From Bispira polyomma (taxonomy: Eukaryota): DNA of 64,000 nt. The position numbers and the translations under genes were made by a program. A model generated the notes under the pieces. That model made no database searches. It was not told the DNA's origin and was given only the letters and a program-made list of their open reading frames with translations. Every line of letters starts with the position of its first letter. Within the stretch, counting starts at the first letter, position 1. The stretch is from NCBI GenBank assembly GCA_965649765.1, contig OZ287754.1:1550001-1614000 (forward strand), given 5' to 3'. This document shows, piece by piece, positions 37,780-50,542 of this stretch.

Positions 37780-40195
37780 AAAGACAAAGCACCCTAGGTG
37801 GCAGGCACCTTAGGTAGCAAGCACCCTAGCTAGCACCCAAGCTAGGAGCCTCAGTGCCTTACCCAGTGACTTTGATGAATGGACAACATAGGTAAGTAAA
37901 AAAGGCAGACGTGGGGATATTAGTTTATTGCTTTCTATGTTATTTCTAAGTTTATTTACATACTGATTTTTAGAGTCACCGTAGCACCAGAAAAGAATTT
38001 GAGTTTAAGGTGACCTTAGCCTGAGTACGCCCAGTTTAAGGTCATGAAATTTGAGTTTAAGGGTAGCCCTAATGTTAGCTAAAGTAGTTACCAAGGTATC
38101 ATTTCATTATAAACTTTTAGGTGTACCACAAGAGAGTTTACAAGATAGAAGTATTGAAAATTTTACTGGTTTTAAACTGTCTAATCAGAAAATAGAAATA
38201 TATAAGCTAAATACAAAACACATAAAGCAGTATTATGCACAGGAGACATTGTATTCTCTAAAAAACGGCAAAGATTATAAAAATATCTTACTATATCACC
38301 AAAAATTTGGATATATAACAGATGAAAAGTGGGAAAATATTTTCATTTTAGCTCATGTATTACCGCTAGAGAATAAAGTAAAAAAAATCAATACAAGATA
38401 TTATTTCGGTTTATTAGCACAAAGAAATTGCTTTATCAAATGAAAAAAAGGAGTGAACCAAATTGTTACATATGTAGGACAGATACCCATACTATTGAGC
38501 ATCTATTTTATGAATGTTCACAAGTTAAAACATACTGGTTAAATCTATTTGAAACTTGGGGAAAATTTTATAAAGAATATAACATATTTTTTAGTCTAAG
38601 AGATATAATTTTGGGAGACAATTTAAAAAATTTTTTACACCACAGAAAAGTTAACACTTTAATTCTACAAGCAAAATTTTATGTTTTCAAGTGCTATTTG
38701 AATGAAAAACAAATAAATTCAAATGAATTTTACATTTACCTAAAGAGATATATATCATACTTTAAACCTATGTTAGAAAATACAGGAGATAAGGAGGTCA
38801 TTCAAAAAATAGAAAACTGGCTCAAAAGAGTCAATATATAGTTTATATACAGCCGATAAAACCAAATTTTAATTTTTTATTATTTTTTTTTTTATTTTAG
38901 AATAATATCTTTATAAAATGTTTCCTATACCATGCGGTCAGTAATTATTTGATGAAATGATCAGCATATTGTGTTGTGTCTATTGTTTGTGTTTATTATT
39001 TGTTAAGTCTTGTGTATTACATGCAGAAATTAAAAAAAAATATAAAATTTTGAATGAGGTAGTTGAATATATACAAAGTATTCTGTAGTGTTGTTGTGTC
39101 TTTTGCTTTTGTGTAAAAAAAATATTTTTGTTTTCTTTTTTTTTTCAGTTATATCAACTTATATCAACACAAAATTAACAGTTTAATGTATTTATGTCAG
39201 AAAAATAAGATAGTATTGTTGGATATATATTTATTGCATATGAAATTTGAGTTCATACTGTGTATGAAATATATATGAAAGACAAATTAAATATTGTCAA
39301 AAAAGGGTGAATAAACAGGTTTATCTTTAACATTTAATAATATATTATGTGTGTAAAAATTTGTAAATAAGCCCAAAAACCCAATTAGGAAGTAGGAATT
39401 TGAGAGTAGTGTCTTGAAGGTAAGGGTCACTTGTTCTGAAGCATTCTGGTCCTGAACTATATAGTTCCACACATAGTCGGAGGTCCAAGTGCCGTGACTT
39501 TGAATGTCTTGAATTGGTACATTATTATTAAATGCTGGAGTGGCACCCAACCTGCGAAAGTTGTGGAAGGATATGGCAGACTGTTGCAGACCCAAACGGT
39601 GAGTATTAAGGTGAAGTTCTTTCTAGTTTGAGTATCAATCATAGAAAACCATTTCTGCTCTTTTTTGAATTGAAATAAAGGGGAGTTCTTATGACCTGGA
39701 GTAATACCTAACAGCACCCTAGTGGCCATCACTGGACACAAAGGGAAACCATTAAGACGAGGAATTTTGAGAACCTTTACTACATTTTTAGACTGTAAAG
39801 TCTTTGACTATTTAATTATTATGTGCAGACCAGGGGGGCAAACAACACATCCCCCCTGGCCAGCTGAAACAGAGGTGAGAATTGAGCGACAGCATGGGGA
39901 ATCAGGTTCGAGATTCTTAAAAACGAGAAAAAGGCTATTAGATAGAATGCTTTAAATAAACTAGTCCCATGTAGTCACAAATTTGAAATTTTTGATGCAA
40001 AAGGGGTATATCTATGATTGCTTTAATTTTGGCACTGAAGGGGCTATTCAATACAAGAGCTCTTTGGTAGTATTTAATTTGATTATCCATGAAGGCAGTA
40101 ATGTCTAACCCATATAGAGTCATTTTAGCTTTTATTGCAGACAGGTAATTTGCAATGGAAGTGATGGAGACATTATTAACTACTGAAACTTCAAG
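37780..40195 (-). mobile_element. Tyrosine-recombinase retrotransposon copy C (YR plus 3' end), interrupted by a LINE
   Basis: SIANYLSAIKAK, FLRISNL, FHNFRRLGAT, SHGTWTSDYVWNY; frameshifted; cut at about 40195 by another LINE. Confidence 0.85.
38125..39045 (+). mobile_element. L1/Tx1-like LINE 3' fragment (ORF2 C-terminal zinc knuckle plus 3' UTR)
   Basis: WENIF..., CYICRTDTHTIEHLFYECSQVKTYW, NTLILQAKFYVFKC; T-rich UTR ending in an A-run near 39032-39040. Confidence 0.82.
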
Positions 40196-40199
40196 AAAA

Positions 40200-41712
40200 G
40201 ACTTAGTCATAGCCCAAGAAAAAACTTAGTCATAGCCCAGGACCTGGATATTGCTGCCGTCTCCGAGACGTGGCTCAGCAGTAGGGCTACAACATCTTTT
40301 TTGTCGGATATAACTCCTCCGGGTTATAAATTTCTTCAGTTTCCCAGGTTGCACAAACGCGGAGGAGGAGTTGGCATTTTTGTAAAAAATACCCTTTCCT
40401 GTGCAATTCTAAAAAATTAGTCCTACTCATCTTTTGAACACATTTCATGCAAAATTCCTGGTTTTCTCTTGTTACAGACCACCCATCCCTTCTTTAACTA
40501 CCTTTACTCAAGAGTTTTTTCGAATTCCCAGAGATCCTTAACCTTCTCCCATTTAAAGCTATCATCCTTGGTGATTTCAACATCAAGGTCGACATAGAAA
40601 ATACTACAACAAAAGATTTCAACAACCTCCTCGACACTTTTGGGTTTTCACAGTTTATCTCCACTTCAATCCACATCCAAAATCACATACTCGATCTGGT
40701 AATTGCATGACCAAATTCAAATCTCATTAAAGAATCATGGGTAACCGATGGGATTTTGGATCACCCAGCAACCTTTGCCTATTTAAATTAACCAATACCT
40801 GCCTCACAAAAACCTCGTATCATAAAATTCAGAAACATCAGAAAAATCAATATGAACAAATTTAGAGATGACATCCTGGAAATAAATCTCATCAAGCATC
40901 CATGAACAAATGCTGATAGCCTTAGCTTACAACACAATCACTGCCTTTCTACTATCCTTGATAAACATGCGCCTTGGGTATCTAAAACCCTTCCTGCTAT
41001 TACAGTGGCCAAAAGACGCAAACGGCAACTTGAGCGTCAATGGCGATGCACAAAATCCTCATTGGACAGAAGTCATTACTGTATTGTCACAAATAATTGC
41101 AACAGGCTAATATCTGATGCCAAAAAGCAACATTACGACTCTATTATCAGTGAAAATCAGATAATCTCAAAGGTTATGGGCCTCCATAAACAAAATTCTA
41201 CATCGGACATCGGAGAAAGTTCTCACAAATCTCTGCCTTACTTTTTTAGCCAATAAATTCGGAAAATTTTTCATAGAAAAAATCAGCAACATTCGTAACG
41301 GTTTTTCAATGATATATCACTGCAGTCCCCCGACCCCAGGATATAAGGTTTCTAACCTGTTTCATTTCAGTACACTTCCTGCTCTGAAACTAAAATCTTC
41401 AACTATTAAATCTTGTGAATTAGAAACTAAAATCTTCAACTATTAAATCTTGTGAATTAGAAACTAAAATCTTCAACTATTAAATCTTGTGAATTAGATC
41501 CTATCGCAGCAGTTATTCTAAATCAATGTCTTGACATTCTAGTCACACCCATAACAAACATATTAAATTTTCCTCTCCGGGATGGAATTTTTCCCACCTA
41601 TTTCAAGACGGCAAATGTAATTCCCTTGATTAAAAAACAAGGGCTTGATAAAAACCAGCTCGAAAACTACAGACCGGTGTCTAACCTCAGCTTAGTCTCA
41701 AAAGTCATTGAG
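40200..41712 (+). mobile_element. L2/CR1-type LINE ORF2 fragment (AP endonuclease to RT start), truncated by the array
   Basis: DLDIAAVSETWL, RGGGVGIFVK, ILGDFNI, HILDLVI, DH, KSCELDPI, PLIKKQGLDKNQLENYRPVSNLSLVSKVIE; several stops and frameshifts. Confidence 0.93.
41386..41496 (+). repeat. Perfect 37-bp x3 tandem repeat
   Basis: GAAACTAAAATCTTCAACTATTAAATCTTGTGAATTA at 41386, 41423 and 41460. Confidence 0.97.
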
Positions 41713-42459
41713 ATATCAATATACTAATGATTTGGTCAGTCAATGTTTTGTTCCTTAACTTATTATCAAACATCAACTAGTGAACATCGTCAAGGCAGCT
41801 TTTAAGGCAATTAAATCTAGAGGTTTTATTTCTATTTGATCAATGAACACAAAGTTCTGTATCAGCATAGAAATTATACTTGATTGATTTGTGCTTCTTA
41901 ATGACACGACTGGGGGTGCTGTGTATAAGAAAAATAGAAGTGGACCCAAAACTGAGTCATGGGGTACAACAAACTCCAACTTAAGCATATCTGACAGAGT
42001 AGAACCTATTTTAACTGCTTGGTATTGATCTGAGAGATATGAAATAAGCCATTTTAAGACAGTGCCTTGGAAACCAAACCATGATGACAAACAGTCAAAA
42101 AGTACCCTGTAATCAATTGTATCTGAGGAAGCAAACAGATCAAGCAACATTAATGCCGTGGGTTCACCTCTGGATAAGGAAATGTGTATATCGTACTTTA
42201 CAGACTATAAAGCTGTTCTTGTGGAATGACCATGCTTGTAGGCTGATTGATTTGAATTTTTCAGTCCATTGGAATTTAGGTGCTCCGTCAGTTGTTCAGT
42301 GACAGCTCTTTCTATCAGCTTAGAGACGAAATCCAATCCAGACACTGGCCTATAGTTTTTGAGTTCTTCCTTTTGCAGTGATGGCTTTTTAATGAGAGGT
42401 GTCAATACCACCTTCTTAGGCACATCAAGGAAGGCACTGTCAACCAAACAAAAAGTTAT

Positions 42460-42531
42460 CTCCCTTTCCAGGAATCGAACCCGGGTCTCCCGCATGACAG
42501 GCGGGGATACTTACCACTATACTAACGAGGA
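42460..42531 (-). pseudogene. trnD-GTC: tRNA-Asp(GTC) copy 1, degenerate (C67A, G68A, C63T, C38T)
   Basis: 72-nt match to array consensus TCCTCGTTAGTATAGTGGTAAGTATCCCCGCCTGTCACGCGGGAGACCCGGGTTCGATTCCCGGACGGGGAG; two acceptor-stem mismatches. Confidence 0.85.
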
Positions 42532-43485
42532 GTGACAGTGAACACTTGAACTCTGCAGCTTAACATATTTACACTGGGAATAAATTGAGGCAAAATCTCA
42601 TCTTTTGAGTTCTTCGTCTGAAATTGTTTTGTTAATATCTCTTTCTGACACTGACTTACGAACTATTTGCTATAACCAAGGCTAATGTAACGACTGTAAA
42701 ACCTAAAGACACTAATAACATGATAAATTGGGGGTGGAATATCAATATACTAATGATTTGGTCAACCAATGTTCTGTTTGTTAACTTATTATCAAACATC
42801 AACTAGTGAACATCGTCAAGGTAGCTTTTAAGGCAATTAAATGTAGAGGTTTTATTTCTATTTGATCAATGAACACAAAGTTCTGTATCAGCATGGAAAT
42901 TATACTTGATTGATTTGTACTTCTTAATGACACGACTGGGGGTGCTGTGTATGAAAAAAATAGAAGTGGACCCAAAACTGAGTCATGGAGTACAGCAAAC
43001 TCTAACTTAAGCATATCTGACAGAGCAGAATCTATTCTAACTGCTTGGTATTGATCTGAGAGATATGAAATAAGCCATTTTAAGACAGTGCCTTGGAAAC
43101 CAAACCATGATGACAAACAGTCAAAAAGTACGCTGTAATCAGTTGTATCTGAGGAAGCAAACAGATCAAGCAACATTAATGCCGTGGGTTCACCTCTGGA
43201 TAAGGAAATGTGTATATCGTACTTTACAGACTATAAAGCTGTTCTTGTGGAATGACCATGCTTGTAGGCTGATTGATTTGAATTTTTCAGTCCATTGGAA
43301 TTTAAGTGCTCTGTTAGTTCTTCAGCGACAGCTCTTTCTATCAGCTTAGAGACGAAATTCAATCCAGACACTGGCCTATAGTTTTTGAGTTCTTCCTTTT
43401 GCAGTGATGGCTTTTTAATGAGAGGTGTCAATACCACCTTCTTAGGCACATCAGGGAAGGCACTGTCAACCAAACGAAAAGTTAT

Positions 43486-43557
43486 CTCCCCGTCCGGGAA
43501 TCGAACCCGGGTCTCCCGCGTGACAGGCGGGGATACTTACCACTATACTAACTAGGA
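43486..43557 (-). tRNA. trnD-GTC: tRNA-Asp(GTC) copy 2 (C5A acceptor mismatch; short 5' flank)
   Basis: Consensus except 5' TCCTAG; TTTT downstream. Confidence 0.8.
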
Positions 43558-44463
43558 ATTAATTGAGCCAAAATCTCATCTTTTGAGTTCTTCGTCTGAA
43601 ATTGTTTTGTTAATATCTCTTTCTGACACTGACTTACGAACTATTTGCTATAACCAAGGCTAATGTAACGACTGTAAAACCTAAAGACACTAATAACATG
43701 ATAAATTGGGGGTGGAATATCAATATACTAATGATTTGGTCAGCCAATGTTCTGTTTGTTAACTAATTATCAAACATCAACTAGTGAACATCTTCAAGGT
43801 AGCTTTTAAGGCAATTAAATGTAGAGGTTTTATTTCTATTTGATCAATGAACACAAAGTTCTGTATCAGCATAGAAATTATACTTGATTGATTTGTACTT
43901 CTTAATGACACGACTGGGGGTGCTGTGTATAAGAAAAATAGAAGTGGACCCAAAACTGAGTCATGGGGTACAGCAAACTCTAACTTAAGCATATCTGACA
44001 GAGCAGAATCTATTCTAACTGCTTGGTATTGATCTGAGAGATATGAAATAAGCCATTTTAAGACAGTGCCTTGGAAACCAAACCATGATGACAAACAGTC
44101 AAAAAGTACGCTGTAATCAGTTGTATCTGAGGAAGCAAACAGATCAAGCAACATTAATGTCGTGGGTTCACCTCTGGATAAGGAAATGTGTATATCGTAC
44201 TTTACAGACTATAAAGCTGTTCTTGTGGAATGACCATGCTTGTAGGCTGATTGATTTGAATTTTTCAGTCCATTGGAATTTAAGTGCTCTGTTAGTTCTT
44301 CAGCGACAGCTCTTTCTATCAGCTTAGAGACGAAATTCAATCCAGACACTGGCCTATAGTTTTTGAGTTCTTCCTTTTGCAGTGATGGCTTTTTAATGAG
44401 AGGTGTCAATACCACCTTCTTAGGCACATCAGGGAAGGCACTGTCAACCAAACGAAAAGTTAC

Positions 44464-44535
44464 CTCCCCATCCGCGAATCGAACCCGGGTCTCCCACGTG
44501 ACAGGCGGGGATACTTACCACTATACTAACGAGGA
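44464..44535 (-). pseudogene. trnD-GTC: tRNA-Asp(GTC) copy 3 (C62G T-stem mismatch, C67T, C40T)
   Basis: Three substitutions versus consensus, one breaking the T-stem/B box. Confidence 0.75.
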
Positions 44536-45489
44536 GTGATGGTGAATGCTTGAACTCTGCAGCTTAACATATTTACACTAGGAATTAATTGAGGCAAAAT
44601 CTCATCTTTTGAGTTCTTCGTCTGAAATTGTTTTGTTAATATCTCTTTCTGACACTGACTTACGAACTATTTGCTATAACCAAGGCTAATGTAACGACTG
44701 TAAAACCTAAAGACACTAATAACATGATAAATTGGGGGTGGAATATCAATATACTAATGATTTGGTCAGCCAATGTTCTGTTTGTTAACTTATTATCAAA
44801 CATCAACTAGTGAACATCGTCAAGGTAGCTTTTAAGGCAATTAAATCTAGAGGTTTTATTTCTATTTGATCAATGAACACAAAGTTCTGTATCAGCATAG
44901 AAATTATACTTGATTGATTTGTACTTCTTAATGACACGACTGGGGGTGCTGTGTATAAGAAAAATAGAAGTGGACCCAAAACTGAGTCATGGGGTACAGC
45001 AAACTCTAACTTAAGCATATCTGACAGAGCAGAATCTATTCTAACTGCTTGGTATTGATCTGAGAGATATGAAATAAGCCATTTTAAGACAGTGCCTTGG
45101 AAACCAAACCATGATGACAAACAGTCAAAAAGTACGCTATAATCAATTGTATCTGAGGAAGCAAACAGATCAAGCAACATTAATGCCGTGGGTTCACCTC
45201 TGGATAAGGAAATGTGTATATCGTACTTTACAGACTATAAAGCTGTTCTTGTGGAATGACCATGCTTGTAGGCTGATTGATTTGAATTTTTCAGTCCATT
45301 GGAATTTAAGTGCTCTGTTAGTTCTTCAGCAATAGCTCTTTCTATCAGCTTAGAGACGAAATTCAATCCAGACACTGGCCTATAGTTTTTGAGTTCTTCC
45401 TTTTGCAGTGATGGCTTTTTAATGAGAGGTGTCAATACCACCTTCTTAGGCACATCAGGGAAGGCACTGTCAACCAAACGAAAATTTAT

Positions 45490-45561
45490 CTCCCCATCCG
45501 GGAATCGAACCCGGGTCTCCCGCGTGACAGGCGGGGATACTTACCACTATACTAACGAGGA
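45490..45561 (-). tRNA. trnD-GTC: tRNA-Asp(GTC) copy 4 (C67T, G-U wobble)
   Basis: Cloverleaf intact, GTC anticodon, TTTT terminator. Confidence 0.9.
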
Positions 45562-46514
45562 GTGATGGTGAATGCTTGAACTCTGCAGCTTAACATATTT
45601 ACACTAGGAATTAATTGAGGCAAAATCTCATCTTTTGAGTTCTTCGTCTGAAATTGTTTTGTTAATATCTCTTTCTGACACTGACTTACGAACTATTTGC
45701 TATAACCAAGGCTAATGTAACGACTGTAAAACCTAAAGACACTAATAACATGATAAATTGAGGGGTAATATCAATATACTAATGATTTGGTCAACCAATG
45801 TTCTGTTCGTTAACTTATTATCAAACATCAACTAGTGAACATCGTCAAAGCAGCTTTAAAGGCAATTAAATGTAGAGGTTTTATTTCTATTTGATCAATG
45901 AACACAAAGTTCTGTATCAGCATAGAAATTATACTTGATTGATTTGTACTTCTTAATGACACGACTGGGGGTGCTGTGTATAAGAAAAATAGAAGTGGAC
46001 CCAAAACTGAGTCATGGGGTACAGCAAACTCTAACTTAAGCATATCTGACAGAGCAGAATCTATTCTAACTGCTTGGTATTGATCTGAGAGATATGAAAT
46101 AAGCCATTTTAAGACAGTGCCTTGGAAACCAAACCATGATGACAAACAGTCAAAAAGTAAACTATAATCAATTGTATCTGAGGAAGCAAACAGATCAAGC
46201 AACATTAATGCCGTGGGTTCACCTCTGGATTAGGAAATGTGTATATCGTACTTTACAGACTATAAAGCTGTTCTTGTGGAATGACCATGCTTGTAGGCTG
46301 ATTGATTTGAATTTTTCAGTCCATTGGAATTTAAGTGCTCTGTTAGTTCTTCAGCGACAGCTCTTTCTATCAGCTTAGAGACGAAATTCAATCCAGACAC
46401 TGGCCTATAGTTTTTGAGTTCTTCCTTTTGCAGTGATGGCTTTTTAATGAGAGGTGTCAATACCACCTTCTTAGGCACATCAGGGAAGGCACTGTCAACC
46501 AAACGAAAAGTTAT

Positions 46515-46586
46515 CTCCCCGTCCGGGAATCGAACCCAGGTCTCCCGCGTGACAGGCAGGGATACTTACCACTATACTAACGAGGA
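46515..46586 (-). tRNA. trnD-GTC: tRNA-Asp(GTC) copy 5 (C29T, C50T wobbles; short flank)
   Basis: Cloverleaf retained with two extra G-U pairs. Confidence 0.85.
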
Positions 46587-47491
46587 ATTAATTGAGGCAA
46601 AATCTCATCTTTTGAGTTCTTCGTCTGAAATTGTTTTGTTAATATCTCTTTCTGACACTGACTTACGAACTATTTGCTATAACCAAGGCTAATGTAACGA
46701 CTGTAAAACCTAAAGACACTAATAACATGATAAATTGAGGGGTAATATCAATATACTAATGATTTGGTCAACCAATGTTCTGTTCGTTAACTTATTATCA
46801 AACATCAACTAGTGAACATCGTCAAAGCAGCTTTAAAGGCAATTAAATGTAGAGGTTTTATTTCTATTTGATCAATGAACACAAAGTTCTGTATCAGCAT
46901 AGAAATTATACTTGATTGATTTGTACTTCTTAATGACACGACTGGGGGTGCTGTGTATAAGAAAAATAGAAGTGGATCCAAAACTGAGTCATGGGGTACA
47001 GCAAACTCTAACTTAAGCATATCTGACAGAGCAGAATCTATTCTAACTGCTTGGTATTGATCTGAGAGATATGAAATAAGCCATTTTAAGACAGTGCCTT
47101 GGAAACCAAACCATGATGACAAACAGTCAAAAAGTAAACTATAATCAATTGTATCTGAGGAAGCAAACAGATCAAGCAACATTAATGCCGTGGGTTCACC
47201 TCTGGATTAGGAAATGTGTATATCGTACTTTACAGACTATAAAGCTGTTCTTGTGGAATGACCATGCTTGTAGGCTGATTGATTTGAATTTTTCAGTCCA
47301 TTGGAATTTAAGTGCTCTGTTAGTTCTTCAGCGACAGCTCTTTCTATCAGCTTAGAGACGAAATTCAATCCAGACACTGGCCTATAGTTTTTGAGTTCTT
47401 CCTTTTGCAGTGATGGCTTTTTAATGAGAGGTGTCAATACCACCTTCTTAGGCACATCAGGGAAGGCACTGTCAACCAAACGAAAAGTTAT

Positions 47492-47563
47492 CTCCCCGTC
47501 CGGGAATCGAACCCAGGTCTCCCGCGTGACAGGCAGGGATACTTACCACTATACTAACGAGGA
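47492..47563 (-). tRNA. trnD-GTC: tRNA-Asp(GTC) copy 6 (same as copy 5)
   Basis: Same C29T and C50T variants; short flank. Confidence 0.85.
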
Positions 47564-48468
47564 ATTAATTGAGGCAGAATCTCATCTTTTGAGTTCTTCG
47601 TCTGAAATTGTTTTGTTAATATCTCTTTCTGACACTGACTTACGAACTATTTGCTATAACCAAGGCTAATGTAACGACTGTAAAACCTAAAGACACTAAT
47701 AACATGATAAATTGAGGGGTAATATCAATATACTAATGATTTGGTCAACCAATGTTCTGTTCGTTAACTTATTATCAAACATCAACTAGTGAACATCGTC
47801 AAAGCAGCTTTAAAGGCAATTAAATGTAGAGGTTTTATTTCTATTTGATCAATGAACACAAAGTTCTGTATCAGCATAGAAATTATACTTGATTGATTTG
47901 TACTTCTTAATGACACGACTGGGGGTGCTGTGTATAAGAAAAATAGAAGTGGACCCAAAACTGAGTCATGGGGTACAGCAAACTCTAACTTAAGCATATC
48001 TGACAGAGCAGAATCTATTCTAACTGCTTGGTATTGATCTGAGAGATATGAAATAAGCCATTTTAAGACAGTGCCTTGGAAACCAAACCATGATGACAAA
48101 CAGTCAAAAAGTAAACTATAATCAATTGTATCTGAGGAAGCAAACAGATCAAGCAACATTAATGCCGTGGGTTCACCTCTGGATTAGGAAATGTGTATAT
48201 CGTACTTTACAGACTATAAAGCTGTTCTTGTGGAATGACCATGCTTGTAGGCTGATTGATTTGAATTTTTCAGTCCATTGGAATTTAAGTGCTCTGTTAG
48301 TTCTTCAGCGATAGCTCTTTCTATCAGCTTAGAGACGAAATTCAATCCAGACACTGGCCTATAGTTTTTGAGTTCTTCCTTTTGCAGTGATGGCTTTTTA
48401 ATGAGAGGTGTCAATACCACCTTCTTAGGCACATCAGGGAAGGCACTGTCAACCAAACGAAAAGTTAT

Positions 48469-48540
48469 CTCCCCGTCCCGGAATCAAACCCGGGTCTCCC
48501 GCATGACAGGCGGGGATACTTACCACTATACTAACGAGGA
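48469..48540 (-). pseudogene. trnD-GTC: tRNA-Asp(GTC) copy 7 (C56T B-box, C63G, C38T)
   Basis: T-loop reads TTTGA instead of TTCGA; T-stem mismatch. Confidence 0.8.
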
Positions 48541-49493
48541 GTGATGGTGAATGCTTGAACTCTGCAGCTTAACATATTTACACTAGGAATTAATTGAGGC
48601 AAAATCTCATCTTTTGAGTTCTTCGTCTGAAATTGTTTTGTTAATATCTCTTTCTGACACTGACTTACGAACTATTTGCTATAACCAAGGCTAATGTAAC
48701 GACTGTAAAACCTAAAGACACTAATAACATGATAAATTGAGGGGTAATATCAATATACTAATGATTTGGTCAACCAATGTTCTGTTCGTTAACTTATTAT
48801 CAAACATCAACTAGTGAACATCGTCAAAGCAGCTTTAAAGGCAATTAAATGTAGAGGTTTTATTTCTATTTGATCAATGAACACAAAGTTCTGTATCAGC
48901 ATAGAAATTATACTTGATTGATTTGTACTTCTTAATGACACGACTGGGGGTGCTGTGTATAAGAAAAATAGAAGTGGACCCAAAACTGAGTCATGGGGTA
49001 CAGCAAACTCTAACTTAAGCATATCTGACAGAGCAGAATCTATTCTAACTGCTTGGTATTGATCTGAGAGATATGAAATAAGCCATTTTAAGACAGTGCC
49101 TTGGAAACCAAACCATGATGACAAACAGTCAAAAAGTACGCTGTAATCAGTTGTATCTGAGGAAGCAAACAGATCAAGCAACATTAATGCCGTGGGTTCA
49201 CCTCTGGATAAGGAAATGTGTATATCGTACTTTACAGACTATAAAGCTGTTCTTGTGGAATGACCATGCTTGTAGGCTGATTGATTTGAATTTTTCAGTC
49301 CATTGGAATTTAAGTGCTCTGTTAGTTCTTCAGCGACAGCTCTTTCTATCAGCTTAGAGAGGAAATTCAATCCAGACACTGGCCTATAGTTTTTGAGTTC
49401 TTCCTTTTGCAGTGATGGCTTTTTAATGAGAGGTGTCAATACCACCTTCTTAGGCACATCAGGGAAGGCACTGTCAACCAAACGAAAAGTTAT

Positions 49494-49565
49494 CTCCCCG
49501 TCCGGGAATCGAACCCAGGTCTCCCGCGTGACAGGCGGGGATACTTACCACTATACTAACGAGGA
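49494..49565 (-). tRNA. trnD-GTC: tRNA-Asp(GTC) copy 8 (C50T; short flank)
   Basis: Single wobble variant. Confidence 0.9.
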
Positions 49566-50470
49566 ATTAATTGAGCCAAAATCTCATCTTTTGAGTTCTT
49601 CGTCTGAAATTGTTTTGTTAATATCTCTTTCTGACACTGACTTACGAACTATTTGCTATAACCAAGGCTAATGTAACGACTGTAAAACCTAAAGACACTA
49701 ATAACATGATAAATTGAGGGGTAATATCAATATACTAATGATTTGGTCAACCAATGTTCTGTTCGTTAACTTATTATCAAACATCAACTAGTGAACATCG
49801 TCAAAGCAGCTTTAAAGGCAATTAAATGTAGAGGTTTTATTTCTATTTGATCAATGAACACAAAGTTCTGTATCAGCATAGAAATTATACTTGATTGATT
49901 TGTACTTCTTAATGACACGACTGGGGGTGCTGTGTATAAGAAAAATAGAAGTGGACCCAAAACTGAGTCATGGGGTACAGCAAACTCTAACTTAAGCATA
50001 TCTGACAGAGCAGAATCTATTCTAACTGCTTGGTATTGATCTGAGAGATATGAAATAAGCCATTTTAAGACAGTGCCTTGGAAACCAAACCATGATGACA
50101 AACAGTCAAAAAGTACGCTGTAATCAGTTGTATCTGAGGAAGCAAACAGATCAAGCAACATTAATGTCGTGGGTTCACCTCTGGATAAGGAAATGTGTAT
50201 ATCATACTTTACAGACTATAAAGCTGTTCTTGTGGAATGACCATGCTTGTAGGCTGATTGATTTGAATTTTTCAGTCCATTGGAATTTAAGTGCTCTGTT
50301 AGTTCTTCAGCGACAGCTCTTTCTATTAGCTTAGAGAGGAAATTCAATCCAGACACTGGCCTTTAGTTTTTGAGTTCTTCCTTTTGCAGTGATGGCTTTT
50401 TAATGAGAGGTGTCAATACCACCTTCTTAGGCACATCAGGGAAGGCACTGTCAACCAAATGAAAAGTTAT

Positions 50471-50542
50471 CTCCCCGTCCGGGAATCGAACCCGGGTCTC
50501 CCGCGTGACAGGCGGGGATACTTACCACTATACTAACGAGGA
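50471..50542 (-). tRNA. trnD-GTC: tRNA-Asp(GTC) copy 9, consensus (short flank)
   Basis: Full cloverleaf, A and B boxes, G73, TTTT 5 nt downstream. Confidence 0.97.

Noticed and set aside
38125-39045. Tx1-like fragment as a tRNA-array-targeting element
   Set aside because: It is inserted in a YR element more than 3 kb from the first tRNA, with no tRNA-related target sequence at its ends.
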